The notes under the pieces were generated by a model. That model saw only the letters and a list, made by a program, of their open reading frames with translations, did no database searches and was not told where the DNA came from. From positions 1-40,000 of the forward strand of contig NZ_QWVS01000013.1 in assembly GCF_003570725.1 (NCBI RefSeq): a DNA stretch of 40,000 nucleotides, in the 5' to 3' direction. Below are positions 36,476 to 40,000 of the stretch, piece by piece. The position numbers and the translations under genes are program-made. How positions within the stretch are numbered: the stretch's first letter is position 1; each line of letters opens with the position of its first letter. Source of the DNA: Peribacillus asahii (GTDB lineage Bacteria; Bacillota; Bacilli; Bacillales; DSM-1321).

Positions 36476-36514
36476 AAAAATCAACAATACTGACCAATCA
36501 GAGTCAGTATTGTT
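36474..36514 (-). terminator. glpD terminator (hairpin shared with the convergent MFS gene)
   Basis: 12-bp perfect stem AACAATACTGAC/GTCAGTATTGTT with T7 on the minus strand. Confidence 0.75.
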
Positions 36515-36626
36515 AACTTCGCATTACATCTTAATTTAGATAACAGAATTAAAAAGGAATACAGCGATTTCTAGATTCAGCACTTATCAACGGTTAATGA
36601 AAGTGCTGACACTTTTGTTCTTTCTG

Positions 36627-38285
36627 TCATACATCACTTACATGGGTTGCATTCCATATCTCTTGCTCCAATTCCTCCTTATACTTCGATATTTCTCTTT
36701 CACTCCAACCGAACACATCGCACATATATCGACTAACTGCTTCCTTCCATCTATATACCCAATCTATTTGAAATAAAAGGGCACTTGTTCGTCGTACAAA
36801 GAAATCAACAGGTGTTACAACATATTCTTCTTGTATCCCGTAAACTAATCTAGCGAATACTTCAGGAGTGAACTGATATTTTTCTATATCGTTTTTGCCA
36901 TCTTTAATAATTTGATAAATCTTCGAAATATTAGACCCATATAATCTTGTGAGGTATCTTGCTTCACGTTCTGTTAGACCTAGCTTTATCCCTTCTTTTG
37001 TATACTTAGAAATGTAGGCTTCAAAATAATGAGAGCCGCCTACGTCTCCTCCCGATATAGGAAGCTTTCTCGTGACACACTTGCCAAATAATTTGTATTG
37101 TTCATCTTTGAATTGTCTCGTAAGCAGATTGACAATCATTTCTGCCATTTTGCGATATCCTGTTAATTTTCCACCAGCAATCGTAATAAGGCCAGATTTC
37201 GAAACCCAAATTTCATCTTTTCGTGAAATTTCCGAAGGGCCTTTTCCTTCTTCATGAATGAGCGGGCGAATACCGGCCCAGCTTGATTCAATATCTTGGG
37301 CACTTAAGGTTAGTTTTGGAAATATGAAATGAATCGCCTTTAATATATACATCCGATCTTCCTCAGTAATGAGCGGCCGAATAGGATCTTTATCATAAAA
37401 AGTATCGGTTGTTCCCACATATACTTTTCCCTCTCTCGGAATCGCAAATACCATTCTGCCGTCTTCTGTATCAAAATAAATGGCTTGCTTTAAAGGAAAG
37501 CGTGACTGATCAATGACAACATGGACTCCTTTTGTCAATTTCAGTGTTTTCCCTTCGTTTGATCCATCTTTTTCTCTTAATGAATCGACCCAGGCTCCAG
37601 TTGCATTGACTACTTTTTTAGCTCGAATATCATAACGATTTCCTGTCTGAATATCCTCAACAACAACCCCTGCTACCTTCCTATCCTCATATAGAAAATC
37701 TATGACTTTCGTATAATTTAGCAAATCTGCACCCAACTCAGCTGCTCGTTTAATCACTTCAATCGTTAACCGTGCATCATCCGTCCGATATTCAACATAA
37801 TAACCGCCCCCTTGTAAACCTTGCTCTTTAAGTAGAGGCTCTTGCTTTACCATCTGTTCCTTAGATAGCATCCTTCTTCGCTCTTGTTTCTTAACAGCAG
37901 CAAGAAAGTCATAGGCCTTTAACCCAACGGAGATACTACGTGGTCCGAGCTCCCCATCCTTATACACTGGAAGCAACATCCATTCTGGTTTCGTGACGTG
38001 CGGACCATTTTCATAAACAATTGCTCGTTCTTTACCCACTTCCGCCACCAGCTTAACTTCCCCTTGCTTTAAATAACGTAAGCCGCCATGAATGAGCTTG
38101 GTGGAACGACTAGAAGTACCGGCAGCAAAATCTTGCATCTCAAAAAGACCAACCTCCATCCCTCGGGTCACAGCATCCAAAGCAATGCCCGCACCCGTAA
38201 TTCCCCCTCCAATGATTAATAGATCATATTGCTTTTCACTCATTTTCTGTAACAATTGCAATCGGTTCATATATGTTTGGGTCAT
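36627..38285 (-). CDS. glpD: Aerobic glycerol-3-phosphate dehydrogenase
   Basis: FAD fold DLLIIGGGITGAGIALDA and full-length homology. Start at ATG 38285 after GGAGGGG; the ORF-track N-terminal extension is unsupported. Confidence 0.95.
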   Translation of the reverse strand: MTQTYMNRLQLLQKMSEKQYDLLIIGGGITGAGIALDAVTRGMEVGLFEMQDFAAGTSSRSTKLIHGGLRYLKQGEVKLVAEVGKERAIVYENGPHVTKPEWMLLPVYKDGELGPRSISVGLKAYDFLAAVKKQERRRMLSKEQMVKQEPLLKEQGLQGGGYYVEYRTDDARLTIEVIKRAAELGADLLNYTKVIDFLYEDRKVAGVVVEDIQTGNRYDIRAKKVVNATGAWVDSLREKDGSNEGKTLKLTKGVHVVIDQSRFPLKQAIYFDTEDGRMVFAIPREGKVYVGTTDTFYDKDPIRPLITEEDRMYILKAIHFIFPKLTLSAQDIESSWAGIRPLIHEEGKGPSEISRKDEIWVSKSGLITIAGGKLTGYRKMAEMIVNLLTRQFKDEQYKLFGKCVTRKLPISGGDVGGSHYFEAYISKYTKEGIKLGLTEREARYLTRLYGSNISKIYQIIKDGKNDIEKYQFTPEVFARLVYGIQEEYVVTPVDFFVRRTSALLFQIDWVYRWKEAVSRYMCDVFGWSEREISKYKEELEQEIWNATHVSDV

Positions 38286-38304
38286 TATTTCCCCTCCAAT
38301 TATG

Positions 38305-38336
38305 AAAAAGACCACCAGATCACTCAATAGGTGTCT
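38305..38336 (-). terminator. Leader terminator upstream of glpD (candidate GlpP antitermination target)
   Basis: Minus-strand AGACACC-loop-GGTGGTCT followed by TTTTT, ending about 20 nt before the glpD start. Confidence 0.55.
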
Positions 38337-38493
38337 ATGTGGCCCTCTTTTCAACAGCATGATGAATCGGAACTATCATACCATTATATATATTAAATGT
38401 TAAATATTGTTTTATCAATTCATTAAACAATATGAATCATCCAATGATTTTATTTAATTTTCAATTTCAAATTAACGATATTCTATAAACCTA

Positions 38494-39999
<1,506 letters not shown>

Positions 40000-40000
40000 A

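Overview
Chromosomal segment of a low-GC, spore-forming Bacillaceae genome; species not determined. Nearly all of the conserved backbone lies on the minus strand and follows Bacillus-type synteny: ccdC-ccdB-ccdA, then yneF-sirA-tkt-ynzC-yneB-yneA divergent from lexA, then glnA-glnR-ynbB-hflX, spoVK, hfq-miaA and glpD-glpK. Three accessory patches interrupt it. (1) About 2.0-10.3 kb, between ccdA and yneF: a decayed island with a tRNA-like element that has an aberrant anticodon arm, a secreted PPC/Ig-like protein, tandem SH3b paralogs broken at homopolymer tracts, a GIY-YIG protein, a small serine recombinase, a KEA-rich membrane protein and a truncated tyrosine integrase. (2) About 15.6-20.6 kb, between lexA and glnA: small sporulation-type genes, several below the ORF-track cutoff. 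These include a holin-like protein, a 40-aa repeat peptide, a 40% Gln protein, a YjcZ-like protein, a Spo0E-like phosphatase and a dead YkuD gene. (3) About 29.7-36.5 kb, between miaA and glpD: a 3-hydroxybenzoate/gentisate cluster in bagKLIX-like order with a DinB-family putative maleylpyruvate isomerase, an IclR regulator and an MFS transporter. The most unusual signal is a pair of paralogous ~120-150 bp minus-strand modules at 16951-17066 and 18814-18962. Each has tandem Spo0A boxes with a 3-bp spacer over a TCGACA-N17-TATAMT promoter, then an ~80-nt structured, pyrimidine-rich RNA, then an intrinsic terminator, then a tiny ORF. They are candidate Spo0A-controlled sRNAs or attenuator leaders. 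No CRISPR array, rRNA gene or intact transposase was seen.
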